A stretch of 58,429 bases of DNA, the filler included, from Platydemus manokwari (taxonomy: Eukaryota), in assembly GCA_037951405.1 (NCBI GenBank). It is 6 parts of 6 records of this genome, joined end to end, with 100 filler letters (N's around TTAATTAATTAA, not from the genome) between each part and the next. Parts side by side here need not be neighbours in the genome. Positions count along the whole stretch, not along the records: positions 29,411 to 38,491 come from JBBMOY011281429.1; positions 38,592 to 47,919 come from JBBMOY011263985.1; positions 48,020 to 58,429 come from JBBMOY011135884.1; 3 more parts are not named here. One strand, given 5' to 3'. The stretch's first letter is position 1. The number at the start of each line of letters is the position of its first letter. Of the stretch, positions 38,418 to 50,461 are shown piece by piece. The notes beneath the pieces were generated by a model, which did not search any database, was not told the DNA's origin, and saw only the letters and a program-made list of their open reading frames with translations. Made by a program: the position numbers and the translations under genes.

Positions 38418-38491
38418 CCAGGTGTGTCGGTAATTCCTTTCCGGTTTTTGTAACAGATGTCACTGGCCATAAGAAAAATGGTTTGTTGATT
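38418..38491 (+). mobile_element. One end of a mauritiana-type mariner: 32-bp TIR after TA, truncated by the spacer
   Basis: TA|CCAGGTGTGTCGGTAATTCCTTTCCGGTTTTT followed by CAGATGTCACT. The CCAGGTGT start is as in Mos1-type TIRs. Confidence 0.75.
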
Positions 38492-38591
38492 NNNNNNNNN
38501 NNNNNNNNNNNNNNNNNNNNNNNNNNNNNNNNNNNTTAATTAATTAANNNNNNNNNNNNNNNNNNNNNNNNNNNNNNNNNNNNNNNNNNNN
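38492..38591. other. Artificial contig spacer N44-TTAATTAATTAA-N44
   Basis: Identical spacer. Confidence 0.97.
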
Positions 38592-38699
38592 AACAATTCT
38601 CTTATTCATGTAAATAATTATCTTAAATTGTGCAAAATTTATTTTAAAACTTAAAAAACCCTATAACTTATAAGACCAAAACCCAACAAACATAAAAAA

Positions 38700-39090
38700 T
38701 CTAAGAAATTTTTTAAGTTAAATTGTTGGCACAAGGATTATATCAAGCTCAGATTTAGTTGTCATACCTTAAAAATCTTCTGATGAATATAAATATATTT
38801 CAGTTGTTATTGGTATATACCTAAGATATGGCTAGTGTCTTTCTTTGAGAGATGAAAACAAGAGACTTTATTTGAAGCATTTGAAAGTTATTTTGAAAAC
38901 GATTCAACGACGAGGTTAATGTTTCAAAGTATTCCAAAATTTATTTGGTTTGATAAAGAACCTGGAATAACAAGCAGAAATTTTGAAAAGTTTATGAGGA
39001 TACAGTTTTATGTCATACTGTTTTTTTGGAAGATTTATTAGGAACTTGAAAATAACGCTGTAGAAACATTTTATCCATTTTTTTAAACCT
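38700..39090 (+). mobile_element. Polinton/Maverick-like retroviral-type integrase remnant
   Basis: YQA/DLVVIP*KSSDEYKYISVVIGIYLRYG*CLSLRD (cf. QADL...YKYILxxIDxxSRYAWxxPLK), then IPKFIWFDKEPGITSRNFEKF and NAVETF. Confidence 0.6.
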
Positions 39091-40319
39091 AAACTTTGGA
39101 TTGTTTTACAAAATCTTCATCTCTATCGTATTTTACTATATCTTTTTGTTTTTTCGAGGGGGACTTGGGGTGGCTGAAATTTTTTTGCAATTTAAAGTGT
39201 GTGTCATTATTCATTGATCTCTCATACCACTTACGCGGGCAATACTATTTTTTCTCTTATTCCTAAATTTCATTTATTGCTTTATAATAGTATTGTTGTT
39301 TTTGCAGGCTTTATAATATTACCTTAGATAAGATATATATAAAGGGCTCAAAAATTGAGTAGAAAATGTGAATTGTGACTGTTTTATTTTAAATTATTAT
39401 TAGGATTTTACTCCAGCAAATGCAGTTCTTTAATAGAAATAAATGAATAACATATACACCAATATTTCACAAAATATAATGGTCAAAATGAAATGCAATA
39501 TTGAAAAAGATGAGACAATGATAATGTAATAAATAGAACAAATAACTAGGATTGAATTGAAATACTACTTAAATCGATTACTAAAATTGATTACATATTG
39601 ACACGAATATTGTTTGTGTTTCTAGTTAAAATTAATCTTAGGCCGGAAGGTCATATGAGTCCAGTTTGCTGTAGGCTTGACCGATGGTTCAGTCTAATAG
39701 TGCCGCAATCACGAATGGCAAGATTAAGATTTTAGCTTTGATTTCAGAAATTAATTAAAACTCATTTGAACTGGGTTCGTGAGGAATAATTGAATAATTG
39801 AAACAAAATTGGTTAACCATGCTGATAATTATCAGATCCATTTAAACAGAAATGTGGACCAGTATTAAAATTAGAAATTAATTGAAAATTTTGAATTATG
39901 TCAAAGTTTTCTATTCAACATAATTCTTCGATCAATACCAAATTATTACTTTTGCTAATATTTCTTTTTTCTTTGTCGTCACTATTTACATTCTAGAATC
40001 AACACGCTAAATATTGATTTAATAGGCTTGAACCGACACGGTAAGTATTGATTTCAAGTAGAAATTTTCCTTGCAGAATGTAAACGTGGAAAAAAAACAA
40101 TTGTCATTAAAAAGTGATTAATTTATTGGTGTTACTGCTGAATTTTTGTTATTGCTTTTTGCTCGTGTTTTCATTAATTTATATTTTATTTATTCATTTA
40201 ATTTATCTTTTATTTGTCTTTTTATCCTTTCTATTACTATTTTTAGCTTTTAGATTTCTTTTAATCTAAATTTGGTTATTTATTCTTACATTGATGCATT
40301 GCCAACTTTAAACATCCAA

Positions 40320-40650
40320 AATCCACTTTTCAGCTCTTCTTTCCCCTTATTCTTTTCTCCTTTTTCAAACCATTTTAGACTGAGCCACTACTGCCGGATG
40401 TAGGAGTCTCTATTGATATTTTAAATTCCTTTTACTTTTCTATTAAACTCTCTTTTTCTAACATTGCCTAGCATTCTGGCGATTGTACTGTTTGAAGTTT
40501 CGTTGGTTGTGTGATTTAAAGGTTTGGTTTCGGCGATTTTATTCTTTCTTGAACCATATGAGCTAATGTTTACGGGTATTTTTATCTTCGTCGTCGCTCT
40601 CCTCTATATTTGAGTAGAGCACTAACAGTTCTATGGTTTCCCAACGGATC
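40320..40650 (-). mobile_element. L1/Tx1-like LINE ORF2 linker remnant
   Basis: IRWETIEL... followed by SLKWFEKGEKN (cf. WxExGEK motif between the EN and RT domains). Many stops. Confidence 0.35.
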
Positions 40651-41037
40651 TATATGTCTGATTGATTGTACTGAATTTGATTGTAAATTGAAATCGAATT
40701 ATTTTATTTGGTTTTGCAATCATTAGGCTTTAGTTCGAAGTTTAATATGATCACTTTAAGAACCAATTTAATAATTAAGATTTTGATTTGAGAATTGAAA
40801 AATAGAAAGAAAGAAATTAAAAGAACCACCAAGATCAGTGAAGAATTGGATCTTAATAATTATAGTCGTAATACGAGTTTATTTAATTCTTTCTGCTATT
40901 ACTGTTATTTTTAATAAAAGATAATTAAACAAAAAACGTTTTGTTTAAATAAATGGTTAATAAATTTAATTTAAAATAGATTTAAAGTATGCTAAATTTG
41001 TCACTTTTAATTTATATTTATAGTTAATTTTATTAGA

Positions 41038-41802
41038 ATGTCTGAATCGAAAAAAGCCAAAGTCACTTATGATTCTGAGATATGTAATTTTGATTTTATT
41101 TGTGATTATGTCTCTAATGAAGATTCCGAAATGATTGTGAAAATCCTTGAAAATTATATTCCTGCCGAATTCAATGTTAAATTGGCTAAATTGTCCGAAT
41201 TAATTGTTGGTAATAACGAGTTAACCTTAGTTATGAGAAACTGTTCAGACGAAGCTGATTCGGAAAATATGGACGCTGATCCTGAAGAAGACGGCCTTTT
41301 AAGCTTGTCTACAGTTATTGGTCTTCAGAAGAGCAAAAATGATCCGTCTGTTGTTCAACTTCTTACTACGCTAAACAAAAGAATGACTAACACTTTAAAT
41401 GGTAACGACATATTAAAAATTTTGGATGATCCCTCAAATAATGTTGGTTTAATAATCAATGAAAGAATAATAAACGATCCACGTCTTACAGTTCAAGTGT
41501 TAGAAACCCTTTTTGATGATATAGAGAAATTTAAAACTACTGACAAAAGTCTCAATTATACACACTATTGTCTTTTAATTTCATGTTCGAAAGTCAATAA
41601 TTCTGATGAAATTGATTTCTATCATAAAGAAATGAAAGTAGTTTATGAAGCATTTCCAATGAAATCTTTATTTAAAATTGATTCGGAAACTAATATTGAA
41701 ACTGTAGATAAGAAGACTATAATTACAACTTGTGGATATCGAGCTTTCGTGATATTCGCTGCAAATGAAATAAAACAATTCATCTCGTGTATCAAGCAAT
41801 AA
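41038..41802 (+). CDS. BCCIP: BCCIP/Bcp1 (p21 C-terminal binding protein) homologue, single exon, 254 aa
   Basis: NFDF...EDSEMIVKILENY, LAKLSELIV, an acidic loop, GLLSLSTVI, NVGLIINERIINDP (cf. VGLLLSERFINxP), YTHYCLLIS, C-terminal YRAFVIF. Confidence 0.8.
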   Translation: MSESKKAKVTYDSEICNFDFICDYVSNEDSEMIVKILENYIPAEFNVKLAKLSELIVGNNELTLVMRNCSDEADSENMDADPEEDGLLSLSTVIGLQKSKNDPSVVQLLTTLNKRMTNTLNGNDILKILDDPSNNVGLIINERIINDPRLTVQVLETLFDDIEKFKTTDKSLNYTHYCLLISCSKVNNSDEIDFYHKEMKVVYEAFPMKSLFKIDSETNIETVDKKTIITTCGYRAFVIFAANEIKQFISCIKQ

Positions 41803-42964
41803 ATATATACATTTAACTTGGTTTTTATTCGAATTTTGTTTATTGATTTTTCGAATACAGTTAATTTTTTAATTAAAGAGAAATTACTTAAATTTTTATC
41901 ATACGTTACTATGGATACATGTTACAGGATGTAGTTAAAGGAAATAATTGTGATTATTTTTATTTTACAATTTAGATTGCATAGAACCTTAGAAAAATGC
42001 GATCACTTGATTTAAGTAGTTATTAAAAAAAATACAATTTCACAAATAAATCAATGTTAGAATAGTACTTAAAATCCTAATTTTAATTTTTTGTGATTAT
42101 TGGCAAATACAAAACAGACTCTTTAATAATATACTATTAATCACACTATATTTTAAAGAGTAAATTTTGATTCGTAAATACACTTAAAAAGTTCGATTAC
42201 ATGCTATAATGTTTGGCGACCATTCAAACTCACCCTGAAATAGGCACTTGTTCTGCATACAATAACTTATCACACTTAAAAATGGTCTTTAAATAATTAA
42301 TTTTAGACATTTTGTAAACATCCTATCAAAAGATATTCACAAACTCAAATTATATCAAAATTAATTTCAAAGAATGTATATTTCTACGACGCAAACACCA
42401 CAAGGTACTAAAACTTACTACATTTGGCAAACAAGATCGAGAATTTATCAGGAAATTATAATATCATAATATAATTAATTAAACGATGATTATCAAATAA
42501 TTTCTAACAACTTATGAAGCTATGTTGATGGTAACTATTATCAATCCAAAACATTAAAAAAAATCAATAAATCAGCAAATTTTTAAAAAAATATTTTAAC
42601 AAATTTCTTTACGTTATTACAATCTCATATATAAAGATGAACAAATTATACGTTCAATCAAAGTAATTAGAAATGAAAAGTACTATAATCATTTGAAAAC
42701 GTCAAAATAGAGTTTCTTCGTCCAATATTTAATGATTATCAAACTAAACAAGTCAGTTGATAATCATCAATTTTAGATCAACAAATTTTGATTGGGGAAA
42801 ATCTTAACGAAAAAAAAATCAAAACTTATGTATTGCTCACAGTCAATCACACCAAAAAAACATTAAGACAAATACAGCCGATGGAGAACTTTTAATACCA
42901 GCGGTAAAAATTTCCAAATATTAAATGTAATACTCATAAACTCGGTATATTCATGAAAAACAAG

Positions 42965-45900
42965 TTATGAAACACCCGCAGATTTTTGTCCTTCCAAACG
43001 ACTAGGATTATTGGATTCATTGAGAGTTTCTACAACAAAAAATCAATTAAATTTGTTAATTAAACTTACAAATTATCCGATAAAATGAATTATAATGTAA
43101 ATCTTTCAAATTAAAAGTATTGTAATTAATAAAGGGGATAAAATATTTATTAATATTGCGAACTATATCAAACATGTATTTATTGTAGATCTAATAAATA
43201 ATAGCTTTGGAAGCTTTTTCAAATATTTATCTATAACAGTGACGCTTTCTCATTGTATTGGGGTTTTATATGAGCTCTACATTTCATGACAAGTTAATAT
43301 TTCAATACAACATTGAAAATATTCACAAGCATATATCATTTGAAAATATGTTTTATAATTATATAAAAAATGCCAAATCTCCCTCCTATTTTTGCACAAT
43401 TTAAAAAGACACTTTTACAGAAGTAATATTTATTTTATCAAGATTCTTAACAAAATTCAACAAAAGCCAATTGAAGGGAAAAAGTAGAAATGAAAATTTT
43501 TAACTGATACTAACAACTATCATTGCATAACTCACATAAAATTGTTAAAACTAAAGAAAAAATTAAATAGTGAATATCAGTGAATAATAAATTAATAAGA
43601 TATAGACGAAAACATTGATCAAATGTTGAGATGTTTCCAATTAAAATGAAACAAAGTTCAATCAAATAAATTAATGATAAAAACAATATTAATCGATGTT
43701 AATATGCTCTATAATTTGTTAAATGGCTACGAAAGGCGCACCCTTATAAAGATAATACAAAAATTTAAATCAATTTTGTGTCCACTATTTGTAGTTTGTT
43801 TCTGTCAAATTTCAATCTATTGCAACAAAACCAAATGGAAAACAAAATATTTCCAGTAAATCCATGGATAAATCAATAATTTGATTTAAGATTCGGTAAC
43901 CTTAATAAACAAAAATATTTCCAGTAAATCTATGAATAAATCAATATTTTGGTAATATTATTGTAACGAACATTTCTATAATGGAACTGACGCCATAGGA
44001 GTAAGAAAATAAGATCAGACAAACGAATTTTATTATATAATAGGTTCAATAAGACAGTTTTAATAAACATTAAAATATTGAAAGTTTAATTCTCTTCAAA
44101 TAAATGTCGCACATAATATTTAGGAAAATCTATTCAATTGTGAATAAAATTTGTAAGATTATAAATTAAAATACGATATCATTTCATAATTTTATGAATA
44201 CGAAAAGAATAAAATTTTAAATTCAATTTTAATAAATAAACATTTGAAATGAATCACGAGAATTTTAATTTTACAAGCTAGGAAATACCGATTTTGGAAG
44301 AAATCTACAAATATAGTCATGCCAATTGGGAATCATATTATTAAATAAAACCTTTATATATAAACACAGATCGATTTCATATTTTAGTATTACATTGGAT
44401 TTCTATCAATGCTATTAGAGTTGGCTAAGCTGAGCCAGTGATAATTCTAATAGCTAGTTCATAAATTGTAATTTCTACTAATTATCATTAGAAAGTACCA
44501 TTTTATAGCACTATTAGACTAAAACACATACAAATTTACTCAGCCATTTGATTGTGGATATCTATAAAACATGATATTTTTAACAACATGGGTAACCTTT
44601 TTCATATCAAGTGTATTTCACTTGACAAAATTCACAACATAAAAAATGGAAATATTATATTAAAGATAAACATTTGATCGAAAATATATTAATCATATTA
44701 TGATATTAAATTGTTAAGATCAAAGCAACATGTATTACTTATTAAATTTATTATCGATAATCTGAAGAAATTAATTTTCACCAACCATTTTCTAGATCGG
44801 TTGTCATTTGACCTGAAATGGTAGACGCTGTATTTGCAGGGTGAGCAGGCGAATTTGGTTTTTTCAAAAGACTGTTGAAGAAATTGGCCAAAACACCTTC
44901 ACCAGCACTGTTTGCAGGTGATCCAACTGGATACGTCTAATTATCAAGAGTAAATTTTGCAGCAGGAAATACAAATCATTTTAAAATAATATAAAAAATC
45001 AAATGTAATATCTGTATTTCATTATTAATTATAATTTCTATAATAGATTTCACATTTATTAATCCAAGGCTTATTATGAATTAAATTACAAAACAAATCT
45101 CACAAATTATCAAATTCTATATCAAAATAGAAAGATCATTTTTAAAAATTATTATTATCAACAATAGAATTTATTTATAACTGAATTTCTCTATTAGCTT
45201 ATGTTGATTTATATGTAATCAGTGAGATAAACTGGACCATAAGTAGTAAACAACTGTTTCCAGTAAGGAAAACTTGATATTAAATACGTTATAAATTGTA
45301 TTGAAGAAGGCCGATAATAGTTTGACAAAACATAATAAAAGTTAATGTTAAAAAATAAAAGAAAGCTAATCAATAAATGAAACTAGGCTCTCATCACATT
45401 TATGTAAAACAAGTTTTCCCCATTGGTCATGACTATTCCAAATTAATGATGGACACATCCTGTTAAATCACACATCACGCATATCAGTTGTGACGATGAC
45501 ATTGTGTGAATAACAGAAAATTTATTATAGAAAATCTTTATCAGTGCTTCTGTGATTGGTTTATATTATTGATTACAAATGCTTAAATTCTATGAACAAA
45601 TTATTGAATTTCAAGCTAGGCTTGACTTATTATTATGTACAGACAACAAGATAAAAGAAAATCTATGGTAACCGTTTGCAAATATTTGTTTAAAACGTAA
45701 CAAATCACAAAATTCATATTGGCACATAATAAAGAAGTGTGTTAAATTGTTGAATAGCAGCTTTGGATTATCTTAAGAATAATAATAATATTTATTTCCA
45801 ATATGAATGTGATTATTTCATTTTCAAGCACAATACATAACAAATATAATATAATTGAAACATATGAAATAAATCAATTAATTGAATTATAATCTTATAA

Positions 45901-47438
45901 AATATCAATTTATAAACCATATATAATGTGCAAATTGATTTTGATTTGAAAATCTTATGATAATTAACAAATTCCAGATAGCAATTTTATGATATTCTGA
46001 TCATAAGGAAGCGTTAATTGCATTAATGGATATAATTATTGTTTTGTGTGAGAGAAAGAGAATCACATGAACGAATATATCGATGTCTATATGCAATATT
46101 ATCATCTCTCTCATTCAATCAAAATTAAAGAGAAACATATATATATATATACAAGACAAATTCAATGAAATATTAGAATAGCACATTAATAAATGTTGGC
46201 ATCAAAAAAGCATAATGAAAAGTCTATTTATTGATCAATACAGTAGTGATATTTACGTGTTGCTATACACGCTATGGTTTTGTCAAATAGTGATCAATGT
46301 AAGATTTCAATGACAAAATTCCATGATTTCATTATAGTATTACAAATGAAATGATTATTTTCTGATGGGAAACAGTTATTTATTGATGAAAAGCGATCAA
46401 ATATTCAAATATCAATGATAAGACATATAGTATAATATTCATCATAATAATATCACAACATATAATATAATATTAGTTCAGTACTCACCGATTGAAGATA
46501 AAAAAATTGAAAAGATTGATTTAATGAATTATCTTGTTAAATTAATGAATTACATTTTATAATATAATTATAAAAGGTAATATTGTCATTATATATTGAG
46601 CATCTGATTAATTCTACACTGTGCTCTATAATTGATATCGAGCCATTACAATCGACTGATTACTCTGTGAGACATTTAATATAGAAAAGTAGAATTACAA
46701 CCCAAATAAACATAAATGAAAACCAAACAAATCATAACACTCATTGTGAAACCTTAATGATTGACGCAATGGAGCTCAAACTTTTTGTTCTTGATAAGCA
46801 ACATTCAGTATTACATTTATTGATAAATGATTGATTTGGCTCAATTATATTCACATGGGAAATAGGGAAGCATGGTTGGTTTACCCACTATTGAATATCA
46901 ATCAATGGATACCAGGTTATATGTAGATAATATTAACATTTCTAAATCTAATTACTTTTGTCTTTAATGCTGATATATGACCGGCCGCTGTCGGACGATT
47001 TTTAGGGCTCTTCTTATGTTGTGAGTCTAAATCATTTCCTTGAACGGATCGATTTTGATTTTTTTCCAATTCTCGATTTAAATTTTCGAGAAATAACTGC
47101 TCATCTTTTGCAATTATTTCTATATCTTTATTGCTCGATCTTGACTTGATAGGTTTTGGAATCCATTCATTAAAATTAACTTTACCCTTATGAATAGTCA
47201 GATTTCCTTCTTGAATTTTGATCTTTTTCAAAGTGTCCCAACCAGTTGGTCTGTGGTGAAAATGATATTACAAAGTAGATATTTTATAAAAAAAAATTCT
47301 ACACAAAGACACAATCCTTTTCAACAATGTATGCCGATTGAACAAAAGGAAATCCATATACACGATGATATATATAACGTTTCAGCAAATCACAATTTTT
47401 ATCTTCTTTAACTGAAGTGTAAAACAAAGCAGCACCAC
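42965..47438 (-). CDS. DYNC1LI: Cytoplasmic dynein-1 light intermediate chain, 3' exons: 47438-47303, 47250-46956, 44936-44778 (stop) or spliced on to a candidate last exon 43029-42965; 5' exons not in this contig
   Basis: [29 protein letters not shown]...[37 protein letters not shown] and [14 protein letters not shown] are LIC hallmarks. The 52-nt and 2019-nt GT-AG introns are phase-consistent. Confidence 0.92.
43840..43951 (+). repeat. ~45-bp direct repeat, two copies ~68 nt apart
   Basis: AAACAAAATATTTCCAGTAAATC(C/T)ATG(G/A)ATAAATCAATA occurs twice. Confidence 0.85.
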
Positions 47439-47919
47439 CTGAAAGTAGTATTCGACATGATGAGCGAGTCAAATATTCAAAAAACAAATTTTTTTAAAAT
47501 CAAATATAATTCAATTTCAAAAAATATTTTCAAATATCAATTTCTGAATTTATACTTCTTACAAAATATTATTAAACATATATAATGAATAGAAATATTT
47601 ACCGAAATATAAAGGAATAACTTCACCAAAGACAAGTTTTAAACAAGACTAGTTGGGATAAAGAAATAATAAAAACCCATCACGTCTCATTATTGTAATT
47701 ATCATAATATTTCGATATTTCTTAACGATAAAATAGCATTATAGATAAGATTTAATATTGAGAAACTCTAAATTTCAATTCTGCTAAAATTGGCAAGAAA
47801 AGCTGCTTCAATAACATTTGAGTAAAGATCTTATTAGTCATTCACCAGATTAAATAATATATTATCAAAATCCTTTCTTATTGGTTAATTATCTGGATAG
47901 TTGCATTAACAATAGAAAC

Positions 47920-48019
47920 NNNNNNNNNNNNNNNNNNNNNNNNNNNNNNNNNNNNNNNNNNNNTTAATTAATTAANNNNNNNNNNNNNNNNNNNNNNNNN
48001 NNNNNNNNNNNNNNNNNNN
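47920..48019. other. Artificial contig spacer N44-TTAATTAATTAA-N44
   Basis: Identical spacer. Confidence 0.97.
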
Positions 48020-49302
48020 TTCGATGTTCATAGAACATTATATTTTTAAATGTAATTCAAGGCAAAGTTTTGCCACAAGTATAATTTGGTTTTGAGAATT
48101 TAATCAAATTATTATTATTATTAAACACACAAAATATAATTCTACGAATTTCTATTTGGATTTTAGCTCTTCTAATTAAAACAAAATCACGAAAAATCAA
48201 TGAGCAAATTAATGATTTTCTCGTATGATGCCTGTGAAATGATGGAAATCTAAACGTTGAAAGGTTACCGACTTATTCGAGGATTCATTAGCTTATCTTA
48301 ACCATCGTTTCAATAGTCGAAAATATCCGATTATTATTCAATGTTTCATTTAATTATAAAAAAATCAGTGATTAATTTCTCAGAGCCGATATTAAATAAA
48401 TAACCACTGTTATATAGCGGATAGACAGGTCATATTATTTTTTGTTTTACATTTTCTATATATTCCAATTTCAGTCGAGTTCATTAATATCAATATCCGG
48501 AAACCATGTGCCCACCCGCACAACAGCTCGTGCAAGTGAATCGGTTCAGTAAAACCCGTACATTAAACAATCTTGTTAAACAAAAAATTGTGAAGAGGAG
48601 AAATATTTTGTGACAAGAATTGAACTCTAAAAATAATTTTTGATTTAATTTGATCAAATAATCAGTTCAAACATCATACCGTTTATTGAGTTGTTTGATT
48701 GGTTAGATTAAATGACAAATGAGGATGAGAATTTTGATTTGAAACATGATCGATATCAAGTTGTGTGTCTGCGTCTGTGTGTATTCTTAGTTATTCATAA
48801 TTGATGTCAATACTTATTATTTACTATTTTTTTCCAATAATTATTCAAACAAAAATACTGGAAAATAAAAAATAACACAAATCGAAACGAATAAAATTTC
48901 CAAAACGGATCAGACAATTTCGTAAAAATCAATTTTATCAAATATATTACATAACGACTGATATCGATACAATCCATGAGACAATCGAAGACATGAAATA
49001 ATATTGAATTTATTTCCCACGGTATAGCCATATGAGAAAACAAGGACCATCCATTATAATTACATTTTATGACTATGCAAGAAATTACTGTTCATGATAA
49101 ATATTTATTTAAGAATCAAGAGCCAATTAAATCAATAAATATTCATACTAGACTGTTTAGAATATCGCCAACATTAAATAAACGTTAAACAAAATAATTG
49201 GATGCTAAGGTCAAATCGATAAAAATAATATTTAGAATTTTCTATTTGTGAATATTATTATTAATTTAATAATTATCAATACATAAATTGCAGGTATAAA
49301 TT

Positions 49303-49303
49303 T

Positions 49304-49361
<58 letters not shown>

Positions 49362-49362
49362 A
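49303..49362. repeat. Compound palindromic microsatellite (CA)n(TA)n(TG)n
   Basis: Directly visible; self-complementary alternating purine-pyrimidine tract. Confidence 0.95.
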
Positions 49363-50224
49363 ATGTAAAAATAAATAGCTCGGTCTACATCATTAACAGT
49401 AACCAATGGTAATGGATCTGAACCTGAAGTAACAGAAACCATCCAGACGGTAAGTCTGCTATTAAAAGACAATGCTGTGTCCATGTTAATATTCGGGATT
49501 ATCAGTTAATAAAATTTTCTGTTGAGATTAATTAACGGTTTATCGATATAATACTGAACAAAATCACTCTTTGAACATTTGTTTCTCAGTTCCAGAAATC
49601 AACATGCTATACAGAATCTTCATTATTATCAAAATTATCCGAATATGTTCACTATAATATACAATGAAGAGAGAAAAATAGCATATCGAGAAAACGATGG
49701 AAAAGGAAATTAAATAAATGACGATGCGAATAATATGTTGCAAACGAAACTAACACCCACCACCTAGATGAGTGCCATAGACGTGGATTGTATTAGGTTT
49801 TCTGTTACTGATTTAGTAACTATGACGACTATAAAATCGGTTTAGTCATGGGCCACTTATTTATAACTTTAATTCATCTTGAAATTAAATAAATATTTTT
49901 CAAACAAAAATTATCATTGTATGGAGATTAAAATAATTTATCCTCAATTGCCCTTAATATTCTGTACGATAATATCACATCGATCAGTAATTGTTTATTG
50001 CCAGATGTGAACGAACAAGACAGACGATGAAGATAAAGGTTGTATAAACTTTCAAAAATCGGTTGTAACGAAATGAATATCAAATTAATAAACCAATAGA
50101 AAAGTCGATAATAAATAATAAATAATAATAATATAAAAAATACTCTATATCAAGAATAACAAGAGTATTCATGAAAAGAGAAGCAACAACAATGTTTAGA
50201 AATAACGAATGAAATAAAACCAAC

Positions 50225-50461
50225 CTCAAATTCTGGTATTCGAGTTGGAAATGCAGGATTCTGATGACACGACAATTTCGAAAGAGATGAAAGTAATTTA
50301 TTAACTTCATCTTGAGAATCATTTTGTGGTTCGACATTGGTATTGCGCGTCTCATCTTTATCCGATACAACATCTTCTCTGTCAGATGGGATTTCTTTGG
50401 TAGAATCTGGAAATTTGTCACTGATTTTATCCATTAACAAGTTCCATTTTTTCTTGATTTT
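50225..50461 (-). CDS. Candidate internal exon (79 codons, phase 0-0) of an unidentified gene; further candidate exons at ~49370-49480 and ~48950-49070
   Basis: TTTTTTTCGCTTAG acceptor, open frame KIKKKWNLLMDKISDKFP...AFPTRIPEFE, GAG|GTTGGT donor. No family recognised. Confidence 0.4.

Noticed and set aside
8824-47975. Regularly recurring TTAATTAATTAA palindrome as a biological repeat or CRISPR-like array
   Set aside because: Always embedded in exactly 44 N on each side; an assembly linker.
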